Under the pieces are notes generated by a model. It was not told the DNA's origin. It searched no databases and worked only from the letters and a program-made list of their open reading frames with translations. Positions 1 through 11,765 of a stretch of 64,000 bases of DNA are shown in pieces. Numbering within the stretch: the stretch's first letter is position 1; each line of letters opens with the position of its first letter. Source of the DNA: Camelus ferus (lineage: Eukaryota); assembly GCF_009834535.1 (NCBI RefSeq), contig NC_045697.1:77688001-77752000 (forward strand). The letters are read 5' to 3'. A program made the translations under genes and the position numbers.

Positions 1-1782
1 CGACATCAGAAGATAATCACCATTGGCCAGACAATTACAATTGGAGCAGCTAGCATACAGCACTGCTAGCACAGAGCCGGCAGGCTGCTGAGAGAGAACG
101 CAGAGCCCAGCTGCCCTTCTCACTCAATGAATTTTATGTCACCTTACCAATCACTAGGCGATTTTGCTCCCTTGCTAGCAGCCCTTATAAGTCAGCTCTT
201 AGTGAAAATAACAGGTAAAGGCCAGATGTCTATAAAAGAACAAAATGCCTCTCTTTTCAACGCTGTAAAATCACAAGGGCTTTTCAGTGTAAAATCAGAA
301 CTCAAAAATGCTATTGAGCTAAAAGCAGGCATTTTCCTCTGCCTCATGCAACACACTCTCATATACCAGACAGTATTACTCAGGATATTTTTAATTTGAC
401 ATGTAGTTTCAAGATGTGGCTCAGGAGGATCCTCCAAGGCACAATATTTATTACTTGGCATTTCTGTAGCTTTGCTGATTTGTTATATATGAAACTATTT
501 GCTAGAAAAGTAAAAAGGTCTGCGGTATTTATCTCGTGTCTGTAACAAATGAATACAGGGTTAATTACTCTTTAGACAGCAATAAACTTGATAAACTTGC
601 CTCAAGTTTGAACCCTTTATAGAGTTTATACAAACATCACTCCAAAAAGGGGGCCCCTTTACATTAATATGTAATAAGGTAATGAACATGGATTATAGGG
701 TAAGTTTAATAAAGGTCCTCTTAAATGATACTCAAAAAGTAGTGCAGACAGCATACTGACAAAACAGCACTCCTAGCCTTCCTTACAATTCTTCAAAAGA
801 CAGTGGGTGTAGCTCATTTTTGAGACATGAGTTATAATTCTCTAAATGGAGTTTCATTTGAGGCTATGTATATAGATTTTTAAGAACAACTGAAAATGAT
901 TTGTCAAAAAACAGAGAAGCTTCCCAACATTGTGTTTTTCCTCCAGAAGCTATTTCAAGCCATTTTAAGTTAATGAGTCTGGGAAAGGCAAGACCCTGTA
1001 TTTCCTAAACTTCCCCTGACCCCAAGAGGGTATAAGCCTTGGTATGGAGCCCCTTCTCCTGTTAACAAGGGAAATGAAAAGGAAATCTTCATTTTCTTAT
1101 ACACCGGGCTCAAGACTTTGTATTATCAGGGGTTTTGGGGAGGAGGTTTATAAAACTGGGCCCCAAGGATATTGGGAGAAATGCATACACTCTGGAGTAA
1201 AAGAAGAAAGCAAGACAATCAGGGTCCAGAAGACCTGCAAGGAAAGGGTAACAGCAGGGTTTTGTGCTGTAGTAGGTAAGCCACGAAGAACAAACAAAAG
1301 AGAAAAGGCCGGGAAGGGGAAACTCTAGTATGTGACTATGACATAGCATTCAAAATGCAGAAGGAAGCCAAGTAAGTTAAGCTTCAGGTATTAACAGGTA
1401 GGGCTGGCAATAAAATGGGCACCCATTGTCACTGTAGCTCACTAGATAAGCATTTTCCCCAGCATCTGCCATGTACAAAGCATCCTTCAAGATGCTCTAC
1501 ATAATCAATAGTGGAATGAGACAAGAACCATACCCTGAGAGATGGTGGTCTGGTAAGAGGTACAGACATATAGGTAAATATTCATGTATATGAATAAAAG
1601 CCAGGAAAGATATTGCCAGACATAAGGTTCAGATAAAGAGCCAGGAGGAAACAGTGGTAGAGCCCAATAGGCAAAGATAAATTGGCGCATTTTCCCCATT
1701 TTCAGTCCCCAGAGGGCTAGGCCCTGTCTGATTCAGTGTGTACTTGCTGAGTGAATGGGGAAAAGAGGCGGGAAAACGGTAC

Positions 1783-1990
1783 CTGGAAGTGGAGGAGGCA
1801 CAGAAAGCAGCCTCAGAGAAAAGGCAACAAGTGATTAAGAGGCAGTACCAAACGCAATGGTGCAAGAGAGGGCTGGCAGACAGTGAACGCGGGCAGCCCG
1901 CGGGAGGGGAAGCCGGCTCTAGAGAGGCAGGTTCGACAAGGATGCAGCAAGTTGGAGACACGGTAGACGTCAGAGAACACAGAGCACACT
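1783..1990 (-). other. Candidate alternative non-coding 5' exon
   Basis: Minus-strand CAG|GTACCG donor (plus 1777-1785) ending a pyrimidine-rich stretch at the left edge of the island. Donor is of moderate strength; exon start is approximate. Confidence 0.3.
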
Positions 1991-4870
1991 AGGCCACCGG
2001 GGTTAGGAAGATGGGCCCGAGCTGCGCGGCAAGGAAATAGGACAAACAGCTGCAGAGAAGACCCGGGCCCTCGGCTGGCCACCGCCCCCACCCCGCCTTC
2101 AGCGCCACCCCCTAAGCGGGAGGAGGAAGTGCATCTGGAGAAGGTCCCCAAGCGGCGGAGCCCGAGGGGGCTAGGCTTCCCCGGAACGCCAAGGCCTTTC
2201 AATGTCTAAACTCCTACGGGATCGAGCTTCCCAGTGCACAATCATCTTCCGAACCCACCCTTGGCCCTTTCGGCCTCGGCGGCCCGGGAGGGACCCCAGC
2301 CCTGTCTCCGTCTGCTGCCGCACTTCCTAGTCTTCCGAGCGGATCGCGTTCCCCTCCTGGCTTCCGGCTCCGACCCTCCGCCACACTCCGGCCCCCGCGC
2401 CCTCAGAAGCCCCCAGCCAAGCCGCAGCGAGTGTGACCGAGCGGGGCCGGCTGCGCTCCCCCACCAACAGGCCGGGCCCAGCCGGCGCGCACGGCGCAGG
2501 GGGCGGGCTCCGCCCGGCTGCGGCCGCAAATGACCAGCTGGTCCAGGGCGGACCGGCCGGGAGGGAGGAGGGGGGAGAGGTAGCCGAACCTCCCGAGACC
2601 AGTCGCGACTCCTGGGGGCCGGAGAAAAAGAAGTTGAACCCCTATTCCCCCACTCCTGCCCGCAGCAACCCCCTCCTATTGCACCCACCCGCCCCAGCCC
2701 CCGGCGTGCCGGCGTCTCGGGTTTCCCATTGATGAGGTGGGAGGAGGAAGGCAGGTCGTGAGGGCGCCAGAGCACGCGCTCGTGCACGCGGCGGGCAGGA
2801 TCCCCCAGCGCCCCGGAGCCCTCTCGGCTCGACCCTCCCATCCAGCTCGGGGGGTGCGTGGGGTTTGCTCTTTACCAATCGCCAGACCCAGGGTTAAGGG
2901 GAGGAGGAGAATGTCTGCCACAGCAGCTCTGTCTACAAGAAACAAGCGAGATGACCACACACACCCTCCCCTGTTAAATATTGCAAGGTGACACAGGATC
3001 GCTTCCCACATTGGGATTTTCAAAAGGACTGGCGGAGGGAACACGGTAAACAAGAAAGATGCGTTCCTGGATTAGAAGTTTGGGGAGGAGCCCCCAAGGA
3101 CTCTGCGAACCGAGGGGTTTTTAATCAGTGTATCAACTCCAGTCAGCAGCTTCCCACTAAATTAGAAAGGAGTGTGGCCAAAAGGCGTTTCCGTGAAACA
3201 AACTTAATAATGGCGTGGCTCCACTCGCTCGGGTTCATTCATTTTTATTACTGTTTTCGTTGTCCCCTCCTCCCCCACCCCCCGCCCCTGTCTCTTTATG
3301 AAACCGGAAAGAGATCCGCGTGGGGAAAGAGGTCCAGGAAAGGAGGAATCCGGCTGGGGAGCAGAAAAGAGGAGGGCAGTGAAGTAGGAGAGCTGCAAGG
3401 AGAAAGGAAGGACACGAGGGATGGGAAGAGGGCGAGGACCAGAGAGCCGAGGACGGCGGACGGGAGAGGGTTAAAGGGAGAAGGAGGCCGGGTCCTCCCT
3501 CCACTGCCTTCCTCACTCTGCTTGCAGGAGGCCAAGCAAGAAAAGCCAAATCTAGAGGGAAACCAGGAGTAGCACAGGTAGGGGCTGTGACATCTCTCCC
3601 GCCTTCCCTGCCGCGCGACATCTACTCTATGTACACATATATGTTCTATGTTATATAATCTATATTAAAGATGCATGTGTAGCCACGGTTCACACAGGGG
3701 CACCCACAGACCCACGCGCTTCATGCAGCCTCAGTGTCTCCTGAACCCGGGAGACCCGCTCGCTGCTGCCCGCGATTCCTCGCTCCATTCACTCCCCAGA
3801 AAGGGAGTACCGACATTAAGGCACACTAGGAAGACGCTCAGGGATCCCAGGAATAGTATCACGCGAAAGCATCACCTACCAGTTTTCCTGCATCCATTGG
3901 ATGGCTTCACTCTCGTTGAACTGCTTTTCGAATTCATATTCTTGTAAAGTCAACACTGACATGTTCATTGGGGCTGATCTTCGGAATCGCTACGTGTACT
4001 CTACACAAAATAAAATTATCTGTAAAGCGCTTGATTTCAAGTGCTCTCCTGTATGATTCCCCCACCCACCCCCCTAGGTCTTCCCCTCGCTGCTTGGTCT
4101 CCGGCAATCGGTCTCTCCCAGCCTCTCTTAGCTACATTGAGGGTTGAGCATTGCCTGTGCCTCCGCGCCCGGCTCCTCGCTCTGGGACTCTCCTCCTCCC
4201 GGCGTCCGCATCCACCGTAGGAGGAAATGAATGCCTTGCGGTCTTAGTGCCCGCACGTTTGTCCATCACCCTTTTACTTGTCTACAGGGAAATCTCCTCC
4301 CCCTCGTGCGATCTGACAAATTAACCCTTTGCGAGGAAGAGCAAGAGAAACCGAGACCTCCCTAGCCCTGGGGGCCGTTTTGTTTACGCGAAGGTGACTG
4401 GGGGAGTGGAGGAAGGGCGCGGAAAGGGAGGAAGTGGCCTCGAGATCATCTGCACCCCTCAATCCCGACCTCATGGGCCGTCCAGCCTGGCCTTTGAATG
4501 AAGTTTCGGCGTACAGAGTGCAGCCCCAAAGCGCGTGGACCTGAGAGCTTGGCAAGTAGACGATAAATAGTAAAACCTGACAGCGCTCTCGCAGGAAGTC
4601 CAGGCAAATTTGCATTGAAATCCCACGTGAAAGGAACGCACTTCCTACCTCCTCGCCCCAGCCGTACCCTCCGGGTCACTTACCTCAGGGATTCGGCTTT
4701 GACTTAAGTCAACCTGGGGCCTGCCAGCCCGCAGAGCTCCCCAGTCACGTGCCAGCTGGAGCTGCGGAGGCGGAGACGGAGGCGGAGGCGGGTGGACAGT
4801 CCAGATTGACTAGTAGCCACAAGAGCGGTGGAGGTTAGGTGGAGGGTTTGGGTACGGGAAGGTGTGGAGT
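1850..4870. promoter_or_regulatory. CpG island / multi-start promoter region
   Basis: Very high GC and CpG density compared with the CpG-depleted remainder of the window; many GC boxes; no recognisable interspersed repeats; GTCACGTG E-box at 4744-4751. Boundaries estimated by eye. Confidence 0.9.
4684..4850 (-). other. Candidate non-coding first exon of a leftward-transcribed gene
   Basis: Plus-strand ACTTAC|CTC at 4678-4686 reads GAG|GTAAGT on the minus strand, a consensus donor at the island edge. No credible ORF. The 5' end (TSS) is approximate. Confidence 0.55.
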
Positions 4871-6219
4871 TAATGAACTGAGACAAAGAGGGAATGGAAG
4901 TTAGCAAATAGGAGAACAGGACCAACTGCTCCAATGCAGAAACTATTTGTTTGCACGAGAAATTTCGCTTTATTATAAGGGTGGTAGATGCAACAGAATC
5001 GTGTTTGAGGAGAGGGGTCAATGTAATGTTGACCCCTGCTGAGCCCCCAGTCTCACAGTGACGTTTTAACCTCAGCTTCCATATACATCCCTCTTTCTTT
5101 TTTCCAAGGGAAAAGTATTTTCTTATTCTGAACGTCCCTCCACTCCACAAGTTACGAAAAATGAAATATGAGACATGGCGACATCTGACCATCTAATCTG
5201 TCCATGTAATTGTAAAGTTGAAGTGTAATAATAGTAAGGGACTTATGCTTTAAAAATTAGGTGGCCATTAGGAGTAGGAAGAACATTCTCTTTCTCTCTT
5301 CCCAGCTCCCCACCTCCCTGGGCGTCCAAAGAGAGGATATTTTCATTTAAAATCAGGTGCCCAGAACCAGAGAAAAGGGGGACTGGGAGAAACATCTCTG
5401 TAAATGAGGGTGGTATAATAAGTTAAATAAAGAGCTTTAAAAATCAATACAATTATACATATATGTACAAATATTTATATATTTAGCAAATTAATTTATA
5501 AGTTAATTTATAAATTGATGCTCCCAAACATTCCATGTATGGCCTTTTCTCATCTCTTCAATTCTAGAGATTTCTGCAGTACAAGTCTGAATTTGAAGGT
5601 AAAACCTCAGTCAAAAGACTTGGCAGGGTTGGGCGGGCTGGAAGGTGGGTGTGGCCTGATGAGCGGTAGGGATGTTAGCAGATTACCTGGGCTTGTGAGT
5701 CATCAATAAATATTTGTAAAGTGAAGAGATTAAATAAGTGAAAGAAGGGAGGGAAGTGGGAGAGGAATCAAGTGTGAGAGAATCCAGCAAACATTTTGCT
5801 ATAACTTGCAAGGTAAGTCCAACATTTGCTTTAAAAGGATTCCATTTTTAAATTGAGTACTGTTCTCACTAGTCATCATGCCAATCTTAAACTAGTATGA
5901 GAAATTATCATCTGCTTACTATGTTTCTTATCCAAATAATGTCTGTTTTTACCTGTTTATTTTGGGAGGTTATGGGTTAAGATGGATTTGGGGTTACGTT
6001 AAAAACAAATATCTGATTTTTTTCTGAACAGTGTTTAAAATGGGAGATAAGCTCCAATTTCTTGAACTTTAAAGTAGACAATTAGCAAAAATGGTAAGTT
6101 CTTGATATTTCTAAGTGTTGTTGAGGAACAGATACTGTTAGTGATAGTGAAAACCAGTGACTTTATCTGGAAAGCAATTTGGCAGCTTATTTACTCATTT
6201 TAAATCCACTTATCCTTTG

Positions 6220-7030
6220 ACCATTCGTTCACCAGATACTCCTTGAGCCTGTGCTCATCTGAGATCTCAGGACTCAGTGGGGAAGAGGAGAGACAAGACT
6301 CCTGCTCTTTTGGAGCTCACATTCCAGAGAGGAAGACAAAATAATTTCACATAAAGTGAAGTCCTAAAATTAAAATTAAACAGCATCATGTGAAGAGATG
6401 GGAGCACTCATTTAAACCCTGAAGGCTTCACTGAGAAGGTGACTGTGAACTATGGAAAAAATTCATACCCAGAAACCTCAATTAATTAGTGTCTGGATAT
6501 CAGAAGGGGGCGCTCTCCTGCCCTGCAACCACAGCGGAGCCCAACATGAAGAAGAAAGACTCCTCTCCTGGCAACAACTCAACCAATGAAATGTCATGGA
6601 CTCTGTTTACTCTAGCCCTCCCAACTTCCTTTTCCCCTCTATAAAAGTGGTCTCCTTCCATTACTCTGTAGTGACTTGCACGTGGCCCACCACGGTTTCC
6701 TTCCCTGAACTGCAACTCTGCTAATCCCAGATAAACCCATCTTTAGTAAGAGGGAGTAATAACCACCAGTCTATCTGTTTTTAGATCAATAGTTGAAACC
6801 ACAATGACAAAGAGACAGCCACTTCTTGCAGAAGCAAGAGCAAGTATGAATGTCCTGAAATAAGGATCGAGTTTGTAGGACTGAGGATGAAAGGCTAGTG
6901 TGTCTCCAGGTCACAATGAAGGAGTAACTGATAGGTTGGAGAGGCAGGCAGGCCAGGTCTTGGACCATTGGTAAATCAAGATAAGAGAATTGGATTTGAT
7001 TCTAACTGCAGTGAGGTGGGGAAATATTAA
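6220..7030 (-). mobile_element. L2 LINE 3' fragment, interrupted by an LTR
   Basis: Degenerate L2-like tracts (cattcgttcacc...cctgctcttttggagctcacattccag; tggtaaatcaagataagagaattggatttgattct) on both sides of the LTR. Confidence 0.6.
6444..6791 (+). mobile_element. ERV1-like solo LTR
   Basis: TG start, CCAAT, CTATAAAAG TATA near 6639, GATAAA poly(A)-signal variant near 6730, and a 3' end ...tttagatcaata resembling MER34/39-type ends. TSD not resolved. Confidence 0.7.
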
Positions 7031-7049
7031 AGGGTTTTTAGGTGGGGAA

Positions 7050-7510
7050 AACATGGTAATCGTTAGTAATTCCACTACTAGGAAGTTACTCTGTGGATAC
7101 ACTCACAAAAAAAATTATAGGTATATGTATAAGATACTATTCAGTACTATCACTGGAAGTAATCGGGGGCTAAATAAATGATGGCTAATATTAACTAAAT
7201 GATGGCACACCCTTAGGATGGAATATTATGAAGTCTTTTAAAAATAAATGGTTATATGGATTGCCATATCTAAAGAGCTACCAGAATATATTTTTAAGGA
7301 AAATTAAAAAGCAGGCACAGGACATTCTGTATAGTGATACATTAAGAAAAGCACATACAATTGTACACATTTTCTTTCTTTTTTTTGGGGGGGGGAGGCG
7401 ACAGACAAGAATTTGATGGTGATGTATATATCTGGGGAAAGAACTGGGAATAAACTAAAGAGAGTTCCTACTGTTTATTTTCCCACAATATTTGAATTTT
7501 CTTAGGAAGT
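7050..7510 (+). mobile_element. Ancient L1 (L1ME-like) 3' fragment
   Basis: Degenerate L1 3' motifs (gtaattccactactagga; aaatgatggcacacc...atggaatattatg). Confidence 0.5.
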
Positions 7511-9649
7511 ATTTGTATTTCATTTTTTAAAAAAGTCCGCAGGAGTTAGTTGAGTAGTGAGATAATGGGTTACTTTTCTATTAGAAATAAAACATTAAAT
7601 GGTGATTTTTCTACATTTATTTTACATTACAAAACATACACTACGACCTGGCTATTTGCTTAGATATTTTTCTTGCAGAGGGCTACAGAAGGCTAGGAAA
7701 GATGGAGGGGAATGTTGGGAGGGTGCCCAGGAACACCACTAGGAATTTTTATGAAAAGATTTATTGTGTGCATTTCTAACCCATAACCAGATAGGTAGTT
7801 AATATTGAATATAAATAACTGGGGCTTAAAAAGTAACAGTTAATTGATATTTAGTAGTAAAATTTTCAAAATTAGGCCAGAAAGGAAGGAACATTGAAAG
7901 ACAGAAATTTATTGCAAATATGACTGACTACTAAACAAAAGATCTGGAGTTTGGTCCCGATTCTATTCCAGACCTGGCTATTAGATCTTGGAGAAAGTGC
8001 GGGGATCCTTTAGTTTCCTTTTCTATATATAAAATAACAGCGCCAGGCTGAATGATCTTGATACCAGCTCAGAACTTCTCTGATATGGAAATATGCTAAA
8101 ATACACACATAGTTTCTGAGCCCTTCTAATACTAAACCTGCTTTTCTAGACCTCTGGTCCATAGGTGGAGTCTAGCCAAGTTGAACCATTTCTCATCTCC
8201 TGGACATCTTAAGTTTTGGCTCCTTTTCTCTCATCAGTCCCTCTGCCTGGAATACTCTTCTCTCCCATTTTCCCCTCCTCCACCCCCCATTTCTCCCTGT
8301 CAAATTCAGTCTGTTCTTTGGACATTCACAAGCTACTCCCTACTTAAGGCTCTTTCTCTTCAGAGCTAAGATCTCTCACTCTCTCTTGCCTCCTAAACTC
8401 TTGAAGCTTTTGTTAGCATATCTCTTAAGCCCTTAGTCATCCTCTTTCCTACAGGAGATTATAAATGTCCATATGAGCAAGGACAACAATTTCTTGATTG
8501 TCTTAGTTCATAGAATTGCTGTAACAAAGAACCAAGAACCACACCATCCCAGAGTTGTATAGCTCTGTTTCAGCACATCTAGAGATTTTGAAACTGGAAA
8601 ACAAACCTCAAGTAGGTATATTTTTCCCCTTGTATTCTGACTTAGAAATGCAGGGATCCAAGTCATAATTTCTTTATGTACCTTCTCTGATGCCACCAAG
8701 CTGGCATTGTCTGGGCAAAGGGCACAGGTGAAAAGGGAATACAGCTCTTTGAATAGAGTTGTAAGTTGCAGTTTTATTCTGGCCTTACTTACAGATGTTG
8801 GTGATATCTGGGCCACATCTGATAGTTTTTTCCCCCACTAAACTTTGCTAACCTGACTGGAGATATTTTCCAAAAGTTGTAAACCATATCGATTCATAAA
8901 AGAGAAATGCTGTTTTTGTGTGTTCTTAATACGGCAAATAAATAACTCATCCACAAAATTCCATAGAGGAAAAAAAATCAAAAGTCAGCTCCTGATCATT
9001 TTCACTTTAGACTTCTCTGAAAATGACAAATTTTAAGAAGAATTTTTTTTTTCTCAATGACACAGTGTATTTACAGACCAAAGAGGCCAAGGAGACTTTA
9101 CTCCCATTCCTTTTCTGAAAAAAAAACTGACAGAACAGATGTGAATCTTCACCTCCTCACATGGTCTTTGGTTGGAACAAACCGGGAAGTTGGGGCTGGG
9201 AGCCTCCTTAAAGACCCTCCCCCAAGCACTGGGAGGAACTGGCTAAGCTGGACACCCACCTCCTGCAACCCACGGCCCTCCAGAGATGCTCTGGGGTGCC
9301 CAGGGTGGCATCTCCTGCCATGGTGCCCAGCCAGAGTTCCAGTGTATCTTCTTCCTTTGTCCCAGAGTTTTGGGGGTGGGCCTGGGTCACCTCAGATCCC
9401 ATTCCAAATAGACCTGTCCTGTAAGATCTCACCATAGTGATGAATATGCCTTATTGATCTTGGAAGGGATTGAGGTAAATATAAAAGATATCAAAACTTT
9501 ATGTAAATAAGAGAAGTGCAAATAATTATGTAAAAATAGACTCACAATCCAAAATAGATACCTACAAAACTTCAATTAAGTTAGCAGTAAGCACAGCAGT
9601 TCAGAGGAAGAAATTTAATTTAAGAAGATGTAAGAAGGGAATGTGATAG

Positions 9650-10207
9650 TGAGGTGGGAAGCCCCATGAAAAAGACCAGCAGGACCCCCAGGGAGGGCCA
9701 TTACTCTTCTGACAGCACCATCCAGTTCCCTGGCCCAGCAGCATTATCTCACTTTTTGCCTCTGAAATGGCTTACTTCTAAGAAAGTGGAACTTATCCCT
9801 AAGATCCTATTGGTTCCCTGAGCTAACTTCTGATTGGTCCATTTGTAGCACTTCATTTGCATGGAGCTCACTCCTGATTGGCCCATTTTTACCATTCCTG
9901 ATTGGTCCATTTCCCTCACTCCTGATTGGTCCATTTCTACAAAGCTTGTTCCTAATTAGCCACCTTTGTTATACATTATTTGCATATGATGTTGCAAAAT
10001 GTTGCAAAGTCTAGACTGGTATCCCATAAAAGGCTGTGTAAACCTACAGACGGGGTCCAGAGCTTGGAGTGTTAACTCCTCTGGGCCCACCGGGGTAATA
10101 AACCTGAGTTCTCCAACTCTCCGAGTGCTGCTTGGTCTCTCTCCTGGGTCCAGGTTGCTGTCACAACTGAGCTGAAACACTGAGCTGTAACACACTTTGC
10201 TGCAACA
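9650..10207 (+). mobile_element. ERV1 (gamma-like) solo LTR, 558 bp
   Basis: TG...CA ends with 4-bp TSD ATAG (9646-9649 / 10208-10211); CATAAAA TATA at 10025-10031; AATAAA at 10097-10102; R/U5 segment similar to the LTRs at 50.6 and 51.3 kb. Confidence 0.9.
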
Positions 10208-10676
10208 ATAGGAGCTCAAAAGTGCAGTTTAACTTTGGGGTTTTCACAACACTGTGAGCATGTGCCCACCATGCTGCAGATAGTTTCTGCCTGAAACCCT
10301 CTGAGCCTGTAAGCCAAGACTTTTCACTTTGGGAGTAGCAAAGGGCAATTAAGGTCCAGGGAATGAGTTTGTCTTGGCCCTTGGGACTAAGGGCCTCGCT
10401 GGCAAAGGAGATCAAGGAGATCATAAGCTCATGCTTCTCTTGTGCTTTCTTTATTCAGATGTATTCTGATAAACTTCTCCTATAAACGTTCAACACACAG
10501 AATTAGTCAGTAGCATAAAAATGTATTCGAGATATAAAGGAAAATGTGAAGAACACTATTTGATACTGAAAGCAGCTTTCTCATAGTTGCTGTTAAGATC
10601 ATAGCGCCCCTGAAGGACAACTGGGCAACCTGCATGTGAGGGGAGACCTAAAATTACTTTCACATTATTATAAAGG

Positions 10677-10679
<3 letters not shown>

Positions 10680-10713
<34 letters not shown>
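10680..10713. repeat. (TC)n/(TCTG)n microsatellite
   Basis: Read directly from the sequence. Confidence 0.9.
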
Positions 10714-11579
10714 ACATATGTATGTATTAATAAACTGGGTGTTAGGAAATTGTGTCTGTTCCTTATTATCTCTGTTTGTAGGAAAGAGAATATGCATGGA
10801 AATATCTAATAATAAATAAACTTACTTGAATTACAAAGAAATACCCAGACCCTCTCCTCTGATCCCTCTTATTTATATTGGTCCAAACTATAAAGAGACC
10901 TCAGGAAAGGCATAGGTCCTGGTGGGTCCCTTTCCCACCTATCAGAGGATGTGGCAGGACAGTAGACCATGACTGGGCCTTTGGAGGAGCAGGGCTGTTA
11001 CTCTCATGTAAAGTTTAGGAAGACCTGTACCACCTCACCAGTTGGGCTAAGACAGTGAAGACCATTTAAACTCCTAAAGACTAACTTTTCAGCCTGTTCC
11101 AGAGCAGACAGCTTAAAGGAACAGAAAAAGTCTCAAATATTTTTATTATAAGGAACTTCTGAAGAAGAATTCTATCTGATCTCAGTATAAAGAATAGTTG
11201 TGTCATATTAAATAATTGATTTATTATAAATAATAATGTGAATCATGTCTTTATGGTTAGAATACTTGGAGGCAAACAGGGGATTTGCCCTTGTAGCAAG
11301 TTTTTAAAGTAATACACAGCTTAAACCTTATTCCATTCTCCATTTTATAATCTCAGCCTGACTTTTTCATTTGCTTCTTGTTTTTATGATTTTATTTATT
11401 CAATGCATTCTTTCACTATATTTTATATACAACAAGGTAGGAAAGAATGGAAGGAAGGAAGAGAGTGGGAGGGAGGGGTTGGAGGAACAAAGACCTACCA
11501 GCCCCAGATGGAGACAAAGTGAGACCTGGCAAAAGCCATTTTAGCTGCCCGTTGGAGGAAGGATATCTTGAAAGGGAAA

Positions 11580-11765
11580 GTGTAGCACTGCGGAAACAGT
11601 ATTAGCCCTGCTGTCAGAAGGCCTGAGTTCTTTCCTAGCCCTGCATCAATTCACCAGGTAATGCTGAGCAAATCCCTTCTCCTTTTTGTGCACCAGTTTC
11701 CTCCTCTGTGAAATGAGGATTTTGGACAATATGGTCAGTGCATTCTCTCCAGCTCTAATGTTTTG
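11580..11765 (+). mobile_element. MIR SINE
   Basis: MIR core motifs (gtcagaaggcctgagttct...cagtttcctcctctgtgaaatgagg). Confidence 0.65.

Noticed and set aside
1813..3621. Long overlapping ORFs in the CpG island (e.g. 2242-2841, 2988-3572)
   Set aside because: Low-complexity G/P/R/A-rich translations typical of stop-poor GC-rich DNA; they overlap on both strands and resemble no protein family I know.
1..5200. Assigning a gene symbol to the promoter
   Set aside because: No coding exon is present and I do not recognise the UTR sequence with certainty; a synteny search is required.
9830..9940. CRISPR-like repeat-spacer array
   Set aside because: Eukaryotic LTR U3 tandem repeats of 24 bp without unique spacers; no cas genes.
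10601..10620. CTCF-like sequences at ~10603 and ~20585
   Set aside because: Each needs an indel to fit the core motif.
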